Shown here: in pieces, positions 51,727-61,900 of the stretch
Numbering within the stretch: the stretch's first letter is position 1
How the letters are laid out: each line of letters starts with the position of its first letter
From: a virus
Taxonomy: Duplodnaviria > Caudoviricetes
Virus record (IMG/VR): IMGVR_UViG_3300024046_000025
Span: 13,511-77,510 of that record
Length of the DNA: 64,000 nucleotides
Strand: one strand, 5' to 3'
The notes under the pieces: generated by a model
What the model was told of the DNA's origin: nothing
What the model saw: the letters and a program-made list of their open reading frames with translations, nothing else
Database searches by the model: none
Made by a program: the position numbers and the translations under genes

Positions 51727-52671
51727 ATGGCACGCGCCCAAGGGGCGCGGGCGCGGATGGCGCTCGCGTTCGAGACGACCTATGGCACACCCCCCGGCAG
51801 CGGCTACACGAGGATGCCCTTTGCCAGCGCCACGCTAGGGGCAGAACAGCCGCTCCTGAACTCGGAGCTTCTGGGCTACGGTCGCGATCCTCTCGCGCCC
51901 ATCAAGGACGCGGTGACCGCCGATGGCGATGTGGTGGTGCCGCTCGACGCCGAGGCCTTCGGCTTCTGGTTGAAGGCGGCCTTCGGCGCGCCGACCACCA
52001 CCGGAAGCTCGCCCGGTCCATATACCCATACGTTCCAGTCCGGCAGCTGGACGCTGCCCAGCCTGGCGATCGAGACCGCCATGCCCGAGGTGCCGCGCTA
52101 CGCCATGTATTCCGGCGTGGTGCTGGACCAGCTCAGCTGGCAGATGCAGCGTTCGGGCCTGCTCACCACCACCGCGCGGCTGGTGGCGCAGGGCGAGACG
52201 GTCGCCACGACCAGCGGTGCGGGAACGCCGGCGGAGCTCGACCTCCTCCGTTTCGGGCATTTCAACGGCGCGATCAAACGCAACGGCACGGCGCTCGGCA
52301 ACGTGATCTCGACCGAGATCACCTATGCCAACAACCTCGACCGGATCGAGACCATCCGTGCCGACGGCATGATCGACGGCGCCGATCCCTCCATTGCTGC
52401 GCTGACCGGCAGGACCGAGGTGCGCTTCGCCGACAGCACGCTCGTCAGCCAGGCGATCAGCGGTGCCCCCTGCGAACTGGAATTCGCCTACAGCCTGCTC
52501 TCGGGCCAGAGCTTCACCTTCACCGTCCACGCCGTCTATCTGCCGCGCCCGCGGATCGAGATTTCCGGACCGCAGGGCGTGCAGGCCAGTTTCGACTGGC
52601 AGGCCGCGCGCGACGCCGCGCTCGGGCGGATGTGCACCGCCGTTCTCGTCAACGACATCGAAAGCTACTGA
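51727..52671 (+). CDS. Tail tube protein
   Basis: 314 aa, MARAQGARA..ALAFETTYG; AAGGAG RBS; precedes chaperones and tape measure. Confidence 0.85.
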   Translation: MARAQGARARMALAFETTYGTPPGSGYTRMPFASATLGAEQPLLNSELLGYGRDPLAPIKDAVTADGDVVVPLDAEAFGFWLKAAFGAPTTTGSSPGPYTHTFQSGSWTLPSLAIETAMPEVPRYAMYSGVVLDQLSWQMQRSGLLTTTARLVAQGETVATTSGAGTPAELDLLRFGHFNGAIKRNGTALGNVISTEITYANNLDRIETIRADGMIDGADPSIAALTGRTEVRFADSTLVSQAISGAPCELEFAYSLLSGQSFTFTVHAVYLPRPRIEISGPQGVQASFDWQAARDAALGRMCTAVLVNDIESY

Positions 52672-52673
52672 TC

Positions 52674-53111
52674 ATGATCCGTCTCGACCTTTCCAGCGAG
52701 CCGAAATGGCTCGATCTGGGCCACGGCCTGCGCCTGCATGTCCTGCCCGTCACCACCGCGATCATGGTCGCCGCACGCAATGATCCAGCGGTCGAGGCGC
52801 TGCCCGAGGCGGCAAGCAAGGAGGAACAGGCGCTGGTCATGGCCAAGACGGTCGCCCGCCGCGTGGTCACCGGTTGGGAAGGTGTCGGCGATGCCGATGG
52901 CAATCCCGTTCCCGTCACACCGGAAGGGATCGACGCGCTTCTCGACATCTGGCCGGTGTTCGAGGCCTTCCAGATCCGCTGCCTCGCGCCGCATCTGATG
53001 CTGGACGCGGAAAAAAACGCCTCCGCGCCCTCGCAGACTGGCACTTCGGCGGGGGCGACCGCTACTGCGCGGCCTGCGAAGGCTCGTGCCCGGACTGCCC
53101 GGCGCGGCTGA
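52674..53111 (+). CDS. Tail assembly chaperone G
   Basis: Between tube and tape measure; contains the slippery site. Confidence 0.8.
   Translation: MIRLDLSSEPKWLDLGHGLRLHVLPVTTAIMVAARNDPAVEALPEAASKEEQALVMAKTVARRVVTGWEGVGDADGNPVPVTPEGIDALLDIWPVFEAFQIRCLAPHLMLDAEKNASAPSQTGTSAGATATARPAKARARTARRG
53012..53018 (+). other. Programmed -1 frameshift site A AAA AAC
   Basis: In-frame GAA AAA AAC; the -1 frame stays open to 53371. Confidence 0.8.
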
Positions 53112-53371
53112 ACCGGCCTCTGACACTCGAAGGCTGGCAGGTCTGGGATCTGGCGCAGCACCTGACCGGGCAGCTTCGCATCGCGACCGGCATGGGTGGG
53201 ACCATGGTGCTCGGCTGGGACATGACGGCGGCGCTCGCCATGGCGCGGGCGCTCGGGCTCGATCCGCTGATCGCCGCCGAATGCCTGCCCGAGATCGAGG
53301 CGGTGATGGTGTGCAAGCTCAACGAACAGATGGCGTCCGGTGACCGGCGGCCGCCGGGGCTGGAGCAATGA
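53018..53371 (+). CDS. Tail assembly chaperone T segment (GT product by -1 frameshift)
   Basis: RLRALADWHFGGGDRYCAAC...GWDMTAALAMARALG...LPEIE. Confidence 0.75.
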   Translation, partial: RLRALADWHFGGGDRYCAACEGSCPDCPARLNRPLTLEGWQVWDLAQHLTGQLRIATGMGGTMVLGWDMTAALAMARALGLDPLIAAECLPEIEAVMVCKLNEQMASGDRRPPGLEQ

Positions 53372-53415
53372 ATCCGGTCCGCAAGCGTCGTCCCGACCGT
53401 CAGGAACAATGACCC

Positions 53416-56244
53416 ATGGCCCAGAAACGAGTCTCCGTCCGCCTCGTCGCCGAAGGCGGCCGACAGGTGAAGGCCGAGTTTGCAGGCATCGGCGACGCGG
53501 GCGAGAACAATTTCAAGCGGATCGAGCGGCAGGCCGACATCACAGGAGCGGTGGTGCGCCGGGTCATGGGCGTCCTCGGCGCGGCGATCAGCACGCGCCA
53601 GCTCGTCGCCTATGCCGACCAGTGGACCGACCTGCGATCGCGCGTCGATCTCGCCACCGGCTCGCAGGAAGCGGGCGCTGCCGTCATGGACCGGCTCGCC
53701 GCCATGGCGCGCCGGACCTATTCGAGCCTCGGGCAGACTACGGAGTCCTGGCTCGCCAATGCCACGGCCCTGCGCGAACTGGGGCTGACGACGGCGGAAT
53801 CGCTGGATTTCACCGAGGCGCTGAACAACGCCATGGTCGTCTCTGGCGCGCGGGCCGAGCGCGCAGCCTCGGTGCAGAACGCGCTGTCGAAGGCCATGGC
53901 CCTCGGCAGGCTCAGCGGAGACAACCTCAATACCGTGATCCAGAGCGGCGGGCGGCTCGCGGAACTGCTGGCCTCCGAGCTCGGCACCACCGTTTCGGGC
54001 CTGCGCACCCTCGGTCAGCAGGGGGCGATCACCGGTGATGTCATCCGCACGGCGCTGATCGGCAATCTCGAGCTGCTGCGCGAGGAAGCCGAAAGCATGC
54101 CGGCGACCATCGGCGATGCCTTCACGCTGATCGGCAACGCCGCCCTGCAACTGGTCGGGACCTGGGATCAGATGGCGGGCGCCTCCTCGACGGTGTCCGA
54201 GGCACTGATCCTGCTGGCCGACAATCTGGAGAGGCTCGCCGCCATCGGCATCGCCTTCGCGGCCATCATGGCCGGCCGCTGGGTCGCGGCGTTCGTTGCC
54301 GCCCGTGTCGCGACCTTCAGCCTGTCGGGCGCGCTGACGCTGCTTCGTGGCGCCATCATCCGCACCGGGATCGGCGCGCTGATCGTCGGCGCAGGCGAGC
54401 TGATCTACTGGTTCGGCCAGCTCGTGAAGGGCGCGGGCGGCTTCGGTTCGGCACTCGAGCTGATGGGCAATGTGGCGCGTGCCGTCTGGGACGGGATCAA
54501 GGCCACCCTCGGCTCCTTCCTGGACGACTTCCGCGCCCTGCGCGCCGATATCGAAGCGATCTGGCTGCGGCTGATGGCCTTCCTTTCGAACAAATGGGCC
54601 GATTTCCTCGGCACCATCGGACCGACCTTCAACGCTGTCGCCGAGACGATCGGTGCGGATGCGCGGATCGACTGGTTCGGGGCACAATCCTACGCCTCGA
54701 TGCTCGATCACGCCGCCAGCAATGCCGGCGCGATGGCCGACCGCTACCGCCAGCGCGCGGCCGAGACCCGCGCCGGAGCCTTCGATGGCGTGGGCGCGGC
54801 GATGCAGGCGCTGCGCGATGCGCTGAGTGGTGGGGACGCCGGGAACCCGCTGGACGAGGCCGCTGCATCGGCGGATCGAGTGACGGCGGCTCTCAACGAC
54901 ACCACGTCCGCTGCCGGTCGGGCCGGGGCCGCCGGGCGCAGTGCCGGCGAGCAGACAAAGGCCGGGGCCGAGGCCGCCGCGACCGGATGGGCGGCGGTGA
55001 GCCAGACCCTGGCCGACTATGCCACCAAGGCGCGAGAGATCGGCGGCGACATCGGCAATGCGCTGGTGGGAGCGTTCCGCAGCGCCGAGAACGCGATCGG
55101 CGAGTTCGTGAAGACCGGCAAACTAAAGTTCGGCGATCTGGTCACCTCGCTGATCGCCGATCTGGCGAAGCTCGCAGCCCGGCGTTTCATCCTCGGCCCG
55201 CTCGCAGGTGTGCTTTCCGGCGTGCTGGGCAATCTCGGCGGCGTTCGCGGGGGAAACGCCCCACTGGGGCCTTTCCTTTCCCCGCTCACCCTCGCCAACA
55301 TCCTGCACGCAGGCGGCATGGTCGGCGCACCGGGACCGGGCCGCATGGTGCCTGCGCTCGCCTTTGCGGGAGCACCCCGCATGCATTCAGGGGGCTGGGC
55401 GGGCCTGAGGCCCGACGAGGTGCCTGCGATCCTGCAACGTGGTGAGCGCGTGCTCTCGCGCCGCGAGGCAGCGGGCTACGGCACCGCCGCCACCCAGACC
55501 GTCAACGTCACGATCAATGCCCGCGATGCCGAGAGCTTCCGGCAGTCCCGCACGCAGATCGCGGCCGATATCGCCCGTGCGGTCTCGCTCGGCCGAAGGG
55601 GCATGTGGGGACTCGTCATGGCTTTCCACGATGTCCGGTTCCCGGACGACATCAGCAGTGGTGCGCGCGGCGGACCGGAGCGGCGCACCCAGATCGTGGA
55701 GCTGGCGTCGGGCGACGAGGAACGCAACGCCAGCTGGGCGAACTCGCGCCGCCGCTATGACGTGGCCTATGGCATCCGTCGTGCCGACGATCTCGCGGCA
55801 GTGGTCGCCTTCTTCGAGGCGAGAAACGGCCGTCTTCACGGCTTCCGTTTCAAGGACTGGGCCGACTTCAAGTCCTGCCTGCCGTCGCAGGTGCCGGGCG
55901 CAACCGACCAGCAGATCGGCACCGGCGACGGCACGAGGACGCAGTTCCAGCTCGTGAAGCGCTACACCTCCGGCGCGCAATCCTGGACACGCGCCATCGC
56001 CAAGCCGGTCGCGGGCAGCGTGCGCGTTGCACTCGCGGGCGTCGAACAGATGTCGGGCTGGTCAGTCGATACCACGACCGGCCTCGTCACCTTCGCTCAA
56101 GCACCCGGCGCGGGCATCGCCGTCACGGCGGGCTTCGCGTTCGACGTCCCCGTCCGCTTCGACACCGACACGCTCGACATCACCCTCGACCTCGAACGCC
56201 TCGGTTCGATCACCTCCATCCCGCTGCTGGAGATTCGCAGATGA
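53416..56244 (+). CDS. Tape measure protein read through in frame into DUF2460
   Basis: Tape-measure domain (YADQWTDLRSRV...); GTA-like C-terminal HSGG...DEVPAILQRGERVL; TGG at 55606 where a stop is expected. Confidence 0.85.
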   Translation: MAQKRVSVRLVAEGGRQVKAEFAGIGDAGENNFKRIERQADITGAVVRRVMGVLGAAISTRQLVAYADQWTDLRSRVDLATGSQEAGAAVMDRLAAMARRTYSSLGQTTESWLANATALRELGLTTAESLDFTEALNNAMVVSGARAERAASVQNALSKAMALGRLSGDNLNTVIQSGGRLAELLASELGTTVSGLRTLGQQGAITGDVIRTALIGNLELLREEAESMPATIGDAFTLIGNAALQLVGTWDQMAGASSTVSEALILLADNLERLAAIGIAFAAIMAGRWVAAFVAARVATFSLSGALTLLRGAIIRTGIGALIVGAGELIYWFGQLVKGAGGFGSALELMGNVARAVWDGIKATLGSFLDDFRALRADIEAIWLRLMAFLSNKWADFLGTIGPTFNAVAETIGADARIDWFGAQSYASMLDHAASNAGAMADRYRQRAAETRAGAFDGVGAAMQALRDALSGGDAGNPLDEAAASADRVTAALNDTTSAAGRAGAAGRSAGEQTKAGAEAAATGWAAVSQTLADYATKAREIGGDIGNALVGAFRSAENAIGEFVKTGKLKFGDLVTSLIADLAKLAARRFILGPLAGVLSGVLGNLGGVRGGNAPLGPFLSPLTLANILHAGGMVGAPGPGRMVPALAFAGAPRMHSGGWAGLRPDEVPAILQRGERVLSRREAAGYGTAATQTVNVTINARDAESFRQSRTQIAADIARAVSLGRRGMWGLVMAFHDVRFPDDISSGARGGPERRTQIVELASGDEERNASWANSRRRYDVAYGIRRADDLAAVVAFFEARNGRLHGFRFKDWADFKSCLPSQVPGATDQQIGTGDGTRTQFQLVKRYTSGAQSWTRAIAKPVAGSVRVALAGVEQMSGWSVDTTTGLVTFAQAPGAGIAVTAGFAFDVPVRFDTDTLDITLDLERLGSITSIPLLEIRR
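55618..56244 (+). CDS. DUF2460 distal tail protein (GTA-like), own ATG
   Basis: MAFHDVRFP...FFEARNGRLHGFRFKDWAD...FDVPVRFDTD; GGGGA RBS. Confidence 0.85.
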   Translation: MAFHDVRFPDDISSGARGGPERRTQIVELASGDEERNASWANSRRRYDVAYGIRRADDLAAVVAFFEARNGRLHGFRFKDWADFKSCLPSQVPGATDQQIGTGDGTRTQFQLVKRYTSGAQSWTRAIAKPVAGSVRVALAGVEQMSGWSVDTTTGLVTFAQAPGAGIAVTAGFAFDVPVRFDTDTLDITLDLERLGSITSIPLLEIRR

Positions 56245-56591
56245 ACGACGAGACCGGGTTCCTCGCCGCGGTGTTGAAGGAGCTCGCAACATCGACGGCG
56301 GTGATCCTCGCCGCCTGGGGCGCGCTCGGCGGGGCGACCAACGCACTGACGACGAGGATGCGCCTGCGCGATGCGCTGCGGCACATCCTGCTCGGCGGGT
56401 TGATCGCGGCCGGGATGGGCAGCCTCTCCATGGCGCTCGTCACCAAGTGGCTGGGCCTGCCGCCAGAAGCGATACCGGCCGGGGGCGCTGCAGGCTCCGC
56501 GGCTTATCTCGTTGGCGTCTTCGGTCCCGCCTTCATCGAGCTCGTCCTCGCCCGGCTGCACGGGGCGAAGAAAGGCGCTGGCGATGCATGA
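56241..56591 (+). CDS. Holin-like membrane protein, 116 aa
   Basis: Three hydrophobic segments, upstream of the lysozyme. Confidence 0.55.
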   Translation: MNDETGFLAAVLKELATSTAVILAAWGALGGATNALTTRMRLRDALRHILLGGLIAAGMGSLSMALVTKWLGLPPEAIPAGGAAGSAAYLVGVFGPAFIELVLARLHGAKKGAGDA

Positions 56592-56715
56592 GCTTCTCCG
56601 CCTCGCGCGCTTCATCCGCTGCGACCCCATCGCCCCGCGTCAGACTTTCACCCACCGCCTGCGCATCGGCCTCGCCGTCGCGGCTCTCATCCTGATCCTC
56701 ACGCTTCTCGGATAA
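56584..56715 (+). CDS. Small membrane peptide, 43 aa
   Basis: C-terminal TM; overlaps the previous stop. Confidence 0.5.
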   Translation: MHELLRLARFIRCDPIAPRQTFTHRLRIGLAVAALILILTLLG

Positions 56716-56720
56716 TTCCC

Positions 56721-57395
56721 ATGCACACGACCGATCGGGGCCTGCTGGCCCTCGTCCGGCACGAAGGACTCGTGCCCGGACCCTATCTCGATGTGAAACA
56801 GGTCTGGACCTTCGGCATCGGCCACACGGCCTTGGCCGGGTCGCCCGATCCGGCCAGGATGCCCCGCGGCATGCCCGCCGACCTCGATGCCGGGATCCGT
56901 GAGGCGTTCAGGGTCTTCAGAACCGATCTGGCCGCCTACGAGTCGGCGGTGCGACGCGCGGTGACCGTGCCGCTCGAGCCGCACGAATTCGATGGGCTGG
57001 TCAGTTTCCACTACAACACCGGTGGCATCGCGAGAGCTGCGCTGACGCGGCACCTGAACGCGGGCAACCGCGTGGCGGCGGCCGAAGCCTTCATGGGTTG
57101 GCTCAAACCCTCCGCGATCCGCCCCCGGCGCGAGGCCGAGCGCGATCTGTTCCGCCATGGCCGTTACCCCACCGGGACCATCCCGGTCTGGGCGGTCGAC
57201 CGCAATGGCCGGGTCGATTTCTCGCGCCCCATACGGCGGTTGACCGATGACGAGGCACTGGCGCTGCTGCGCCCGGAGGCGGCGCCGGTTCCGACGGCCG
57301 TTGCCCCCACGCCGGTCCCGGCCGTGCCAGCTGCGCCCACGCTGCTGTCTCGCCTCATCGCATTCCTCACCACCCTGATCGGAGGACGTCCATGA
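56721..57395 (+). CDS. Lysozyme (GH24) endolysin
   Basis: HEGLVPGPYLDVKQVWTFGIGHT (E-x8-D-x5-T), FDGLVSFHYNTG; Pro linker and amphipathic C-terminal helix. Confidence 0.88.
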   Translation: MHTTDRGLLALVRHEGLVPGPYLDVKQVWTFGIGHTALAGSPDPARMPRGMPADLDAGIREAFRVFRTDLAAYESAVRRAVTVPLEPHEFDGLVSFHYNTGGIARAALTRHLNAGNRVAAAEAFMGWLKPSAIRPRREAERDLFRHGRYPTGTIPVWAVDRNGRVDFSRPIRRLTDDEALALLRPEAAPVPTAVAPTPVPAVPAAPTLLSRLIAFLTTLIGGRP

Positions 57396-57601
57396 ACTGG
57401 AACCTTGCCCGCGGCCTCGTCTACCTGGCCTGTCTTGCCGCATCCGGCCTCGCCATGGCCGGGCTGGCGGATTTCGACCTCGCCACCGGCACCCTCGATA
57501 TCCGGCCCTTCAATCTCTATGCCCTGACCGGTGCGACTGGTGGCGTGGTGTCTTCGCTTCTTGCATCCGTGGCGCTCCTGCGCGGCTGGGGGCGGAAGTG
57601 A
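57392..57601 (+). CDS. Small two-TM lysis-associated protein, 69 aa
   Basis: Hydrophobic, coupled to the lysozyme gene. Confidence 0.6.
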   Translation: MNWNLARGLVYLACLAASGLAMAGLADFDLATGTLDIRPFNLYALTGATGGVVSSLLASVALLRGWGRK

Positions 57602-58482
57602 AGTCCCTCTCGCCCGCATTTCAGGCCCATCTCGACGAAGGCACGACGACGCTCGCCTGGTGCTGGCGGATCGTGCGCGCAGATGGCGTGAGCTTCGGCT
57701 TCACCGATCATGACCGGACGCTGAACTTTGACGGCACCGACTTCGAGCCCGAAAGCGGGTTGACGGCATCGGAGGTCCGCTCGGGATCCGATCTCTCCGT
57801 CGATGCGCAGGACGCCGAAGGCGTGCTGACCTCCGACCGGATCACCGAGACTGACATCCTCGACGGTCGCTGGGACAATGCCGAGGTCGATGTCTGGCGG
57901 GTGAACTGGAGCGATCCGGCGCAGCGCGTGCTGATGCGCCGCGGGGCGATCGGCCAGATCCGGCGGGGACGGCTCGCCTTCGTGGCAGAAGTCCGATCGC
58001 TCGCGCATGTCCTTGGACAGACGGTCGGGCGGACCTTCCAGGCCACTTGCGACGCGGCGCTCGGTGACGGGCGTTGCGGCGTCGATCTGGACACCTCGGC
58101 CTTCAGGGGAACGGGCGCCATCATCGACCTCCTGCGTGATCGGGCCTTCACGGCTTCCGGCCTCGGCGCGTTTGCCGCGGGCTGGTTCACCTTCGGCACG
58201 GTCGAATGGACCAGCGGCGCCAATGCCGGGCGGCGGGCAGAGATCATCGCGCATGACCTGACCGACGGCATCGCCGTGCTGACGCTGCTCGAAGCGCCGG
58301 TGCGGTCCATCGCCGATAGCGATGCCTTCACAATCCGCGCGGGCTGCGACAAGCGCATGGAGACCTGTGGCGCGAAGTTCGCCAATGTCGCCAACTTCCG
58401 GGGCTTCCCGCACATCCCCGGCCAGGATGCCGTTCTCCGCTACGCGACGAAGGACGGCGGGCACGACGGGAGCGTGCTGTGA
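57598..58482 (+). CDS. DUF2163 / GTA-like baseplate hub protein
   Basis: TTLAWCW...GFTDHD, CDAALGDGRC, GCDKRMETC.AKFAN..NFRGFPHIPG. Confidence 0.88.
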   Translation: MKSLSPAFQAHLDEGTTTLAWCWRIVRADGVSFGFTDHDRTLNFDGTDFEPESGLTASEVRSGSDLSVDAQDAEGVLTSDRITETDILDGRWDNAEVDVWRVNWSDPAQRVLMRRGAIGQIRRGRLAFVAEVRSLAHVLGQTVGRTFQATCDAALGDGRCGVDLDTSAFRGTGAIIDLLRDRAFTASGLGAFAAGWFTFGTVEWTSGANAGRRAEIIAHDLTDGIAVLTLLEAPVRSIADSDAFTIRAGCDKRMETCGAKFANVANFRGFPHIPGQDAVLRYATKDGGHDGSVL

Positions 58483-58940
58483 CGAGCCTGCCGGAAGAAC
58501 GCGCTCCGCGCGGGGCCGAGCCGAACAGGGTGATCGCGGCGGCGCGATCCTGGCTCGGCACGCCCTACCACGATCAGGCCAGCCTGCGCGGCGTGGGCTG
58601 CGACTGCCTCGGTCTCGCCCGCGGGGTCTGGCGCGAGGTCGTCGGCCCCGAGCCGTTCCCGATCCCGCCCTACAGCCGCGACTGGGGCGAGACCGGCCCG
58701 CGCGAGGTGCTGGCCGAGGGCGTGCGCCGCATGATGATCGAAGTGGAGCCTGCGGCGGCCGAACCCGGCGCGCTGGTCCTCTTCCGGATGAAGCCCCGCG
58801 CCATCGCCAAGCATGTCGGGATCCTCACCGCGCCCGCCATCTTCCTCCACGCCTACGAGCGGCTCGGCGTGATCGAGGAGCCGCTCACCTCTGTCTGGCG
58901 GCGGCGCATCGCCTTCGCCTTCCTGTTCCCGCAACGCTGA
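58479..58940 (+). CDS. NlpC/P60 tail-associated peptidase
   Basis: WLGTPYHDQ, GCDCLGL, KHVGI. Confidence 0.88.
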   Translation: MTSLPEERAPRGAEPNRVIAAARSWLGTPYHDQASLRGVGCDCLGLARGVWREVVGPEPFPIPPYSRDWGETGPREVLAEGVRRMMIEVEPAAAEPGALVLFRMKPRAIAKHVGILTAPAIFLHAYERLGVIEEPLTSVWRRRIAFAFLFPQR

Positions 58941-58949
58941 GCATCTGCC

Positions 58950-61900
58950 ATGGCCACCCTCGTTCTCGGCATCGCCGGCGCCGCCATCGGTGGCAGCATC
59001 GGCGGCGCGATCCTCGGTGTCAGCGCCGCGACGATCGGCGGCTTCATCGGCTCCAGCATCGGTTCGGTCGTCGACAGCTGGATCATCTCGTCGCTCGCGC
59101 CCACCCAGCGTATCGAGGGCGCGCGTCTCGACACGCTGCGCATCACCTCCTCGACGGAGGGCGCCGTCATCCCGCGCCTCTATGGCCGCATGCGGATGGG
59201 CGGCAACATCATCTGGGCGACCGATTTCCGTGAGGAGACCAGGACCACCACGCAGGGCGGCGGCAAGGGTGGCGGAGGCGGCAAGGTCAGGACCACGGAA
59301 TATCTCTACTATGCAAGCTTCGCGGTCGCGCTCTGCGAGGGGACGATCACCGGCATCGGCCGCATCTGGGCCGACGGCAAGCCGATGGACCTCTCCGGGG
59401 TCACCTGGCGCTGGTATCCCGGCGACGAGGGCCAGACCGCCGATCCCTTCATGGCGGCGAAGATGGGAGCTTTGAGCACGCCTGCCTATCGCGGCACGGC
59501 CTATGTCGTCTTCGAGGAACTGCCGCTCTCCAGCTACGGCAACCGTCTGCCGCAGCTCTCCTTCGAAGTGTTCCGGCCGCTCGCCGATCCCGACACTGCC
59601 GAAGGGCTGACCCGAGCGGTCACCTTGATCCCGGCATCGGGCGAGTTCACTTATGCCACGCAGGCGATCCGCAAGACGGATGGCGGCGCGACACAGGCAG
59701 AGAACCTGAACGCGCTGCCGGATGCCACCGACATCGTGGTGGCGCTCGATCGGCTGCAGGCCATGGTCCCGGCGGTCGAGAGCGTCAGTCTCGTCGTCGC
59801 CTGGTTCGGCGACGATCTGCGTGCGGGATCCTGCAAGGTGCGGCCGGGCGTCGAGGTGTCTGCCAAGTCGACCACGCCTCTGTCCTGGTCGGTCAACGGC
59901 GTCAGCCGCGCCAATGCCTTCCTCGTCAGCCGCGACGATCAGGACCGGCCGGTCTATGGCGGCACGCCGTCCGACTTCGCCGTCGTGCAGGCGATCCAGG
60001 AGATGAGGGCACGCGGGCTGCGCGTCACCTTCTATCCCTTCATCCTGATGGATGTGCCGCCCGGCAACACGCTGCCGAACCCGTATTCCGACAATGCTGC
60101 TGGGACCGGCCAGCCTGCATTCCCCTGGCGGGGGCGGATCACCTGTTCGCCTGCGGCGGGCTATGCCGGAACCGTGGACAAGACGGCCGCCGCCGCAGCG
60201 CAGGTTTCGGCGCTGTTCGGCGCAGCCACGCCAGCGAATTTCAGCGTCTCGGGCCAGTCGGTCGTCTGGACCGGCCCATCGGGTGACTGGGGCCTGCGCC
60301 GCATGGTGCTGCACTACGCCCATCTTTGCGCGGCCGCGGGCGGGGTGGACGCCTTCCTGATCGGCACCGAGATGCCGGGGCTCACCACCAGCCGTTCGGG
60401 CGCATCCACCTATCCGGCCGTGCAGGCCTATCGGGATCTGGCCTCCGATATCCGATCCATCCTCGGTGCGGGAACAAAAATCGGCTACGCCGCCGACTGG
60501 TCGGAATATTTCGGGCACCAGCCGGGCGATGGCAGCGGCGACGTGTTCTTCCACCTGGATCCGCTCTGGGCAGACCCCGAGATCGATTTCATCGGCATCG
60601 ACAACTACATGCCTCTGTCGGACTGGCGCGACGGGTTCGAGCATGCCGACGCTGCCGCAGGCTGGCCTGCGATCTACGACCGGGCCTATCTGCAGGCGAA
60701 CATCGCGGGTGGCGAGGGCTTCGACTGGTTCTATGCCTCGGCCGCCGATCGGTCGGTGCAGATCCGCACGCCGATCACCGATGGCGCAGCGGGAAAGCCG
60801 TGGGTCTTCCGCTACAAGGATCTGCGCGCCTGGTGGTCGAACCCGCATTTCAACCGCCCGGACGGGGTGGAGAGCGCGACACCGACGGCATGGACGCCGC
60901 AGTCGAAGCCGATCCGGTTCACCGAACTCGGCTGCCCCGCCATCGACCGCGGCACCAACCAGCCGAACGTCTTCTTCGATCCGAAGTCCTCCGAAAGCTT
61001 CACGCCGTATTTCTCGCGGGGCTGGCGCGATGATGCGATCCAGCGCGCCTATCTCGAGGCGAGCTATCTCTGGTGGGGTGAAGCCGCGAACAACCCGGTC
61101 TCCGTCGTCTATGGCGGCCGGATGGTCCATGTCCCGGAATGCGCCGCCTGGACCTGGGACGCACGGCCCTATCCTTTCTTCCCGGAACTGACCGGCGTCT
61201 GGACCGACGGGCCGAACTGGCGGCTGGGACACTGGCTGACCGGGCGGCTCGGGGCGGTATCGCTCGCAGCCTTGGTGCGCCACCTCTGCCTGCGGGCCGG
61301 GCTGCCCGAGTCCCGGATCGACGTCTCCGGGCTCTGGGGCGCGGTCGAGGGCTATGCCATCACCGCGCTCGAAAGCCCGCGCGCCTCGATCACCACGCTG
61401 TCGCGCCACTTCGGCTTCGATGCGGTAGAGACCGAGGGGGTCATTCGTTTCGTCATGCGCGGCCGAGCCGCCGTCGCGACCCTTGCGCCCGACGATCTGG
61501 TGGCCGCCCGCGAGGGCGACGTGCTGGAACTGACGCGCGGCCAGGAGACCGAACTGCCGCAGGCGCTGAAATGGCAGCTGGCCCGCGCCGACGAGGACTA
61601 CGACGCCGCCCTTGTCGAGGCCCGGCGCATCACCGTCGACACCACGCGGATCGCCTCGGAGAGCTTTCCGATGGCGGTGCCGCCAGAGGAGGCCGAGCGC
61701 CGCTGCCGCCGCGCGCTGATGGAGGCGTGGGTGGGGCGCGAGACGGCGGCGTTCCGTCTGCCGCCCTCGCGCCTCGCGCTCGATCCGGCCGACGCGATCC
61801 GGCTCGCACATGACGGGCGGGAGATCGAGTTCCGTCTCGTCTCCGTCGCGGATGCTGAAGCGCGCGGAGTGGAAGCGATCCGCCAGGACCGCGCGACCTA

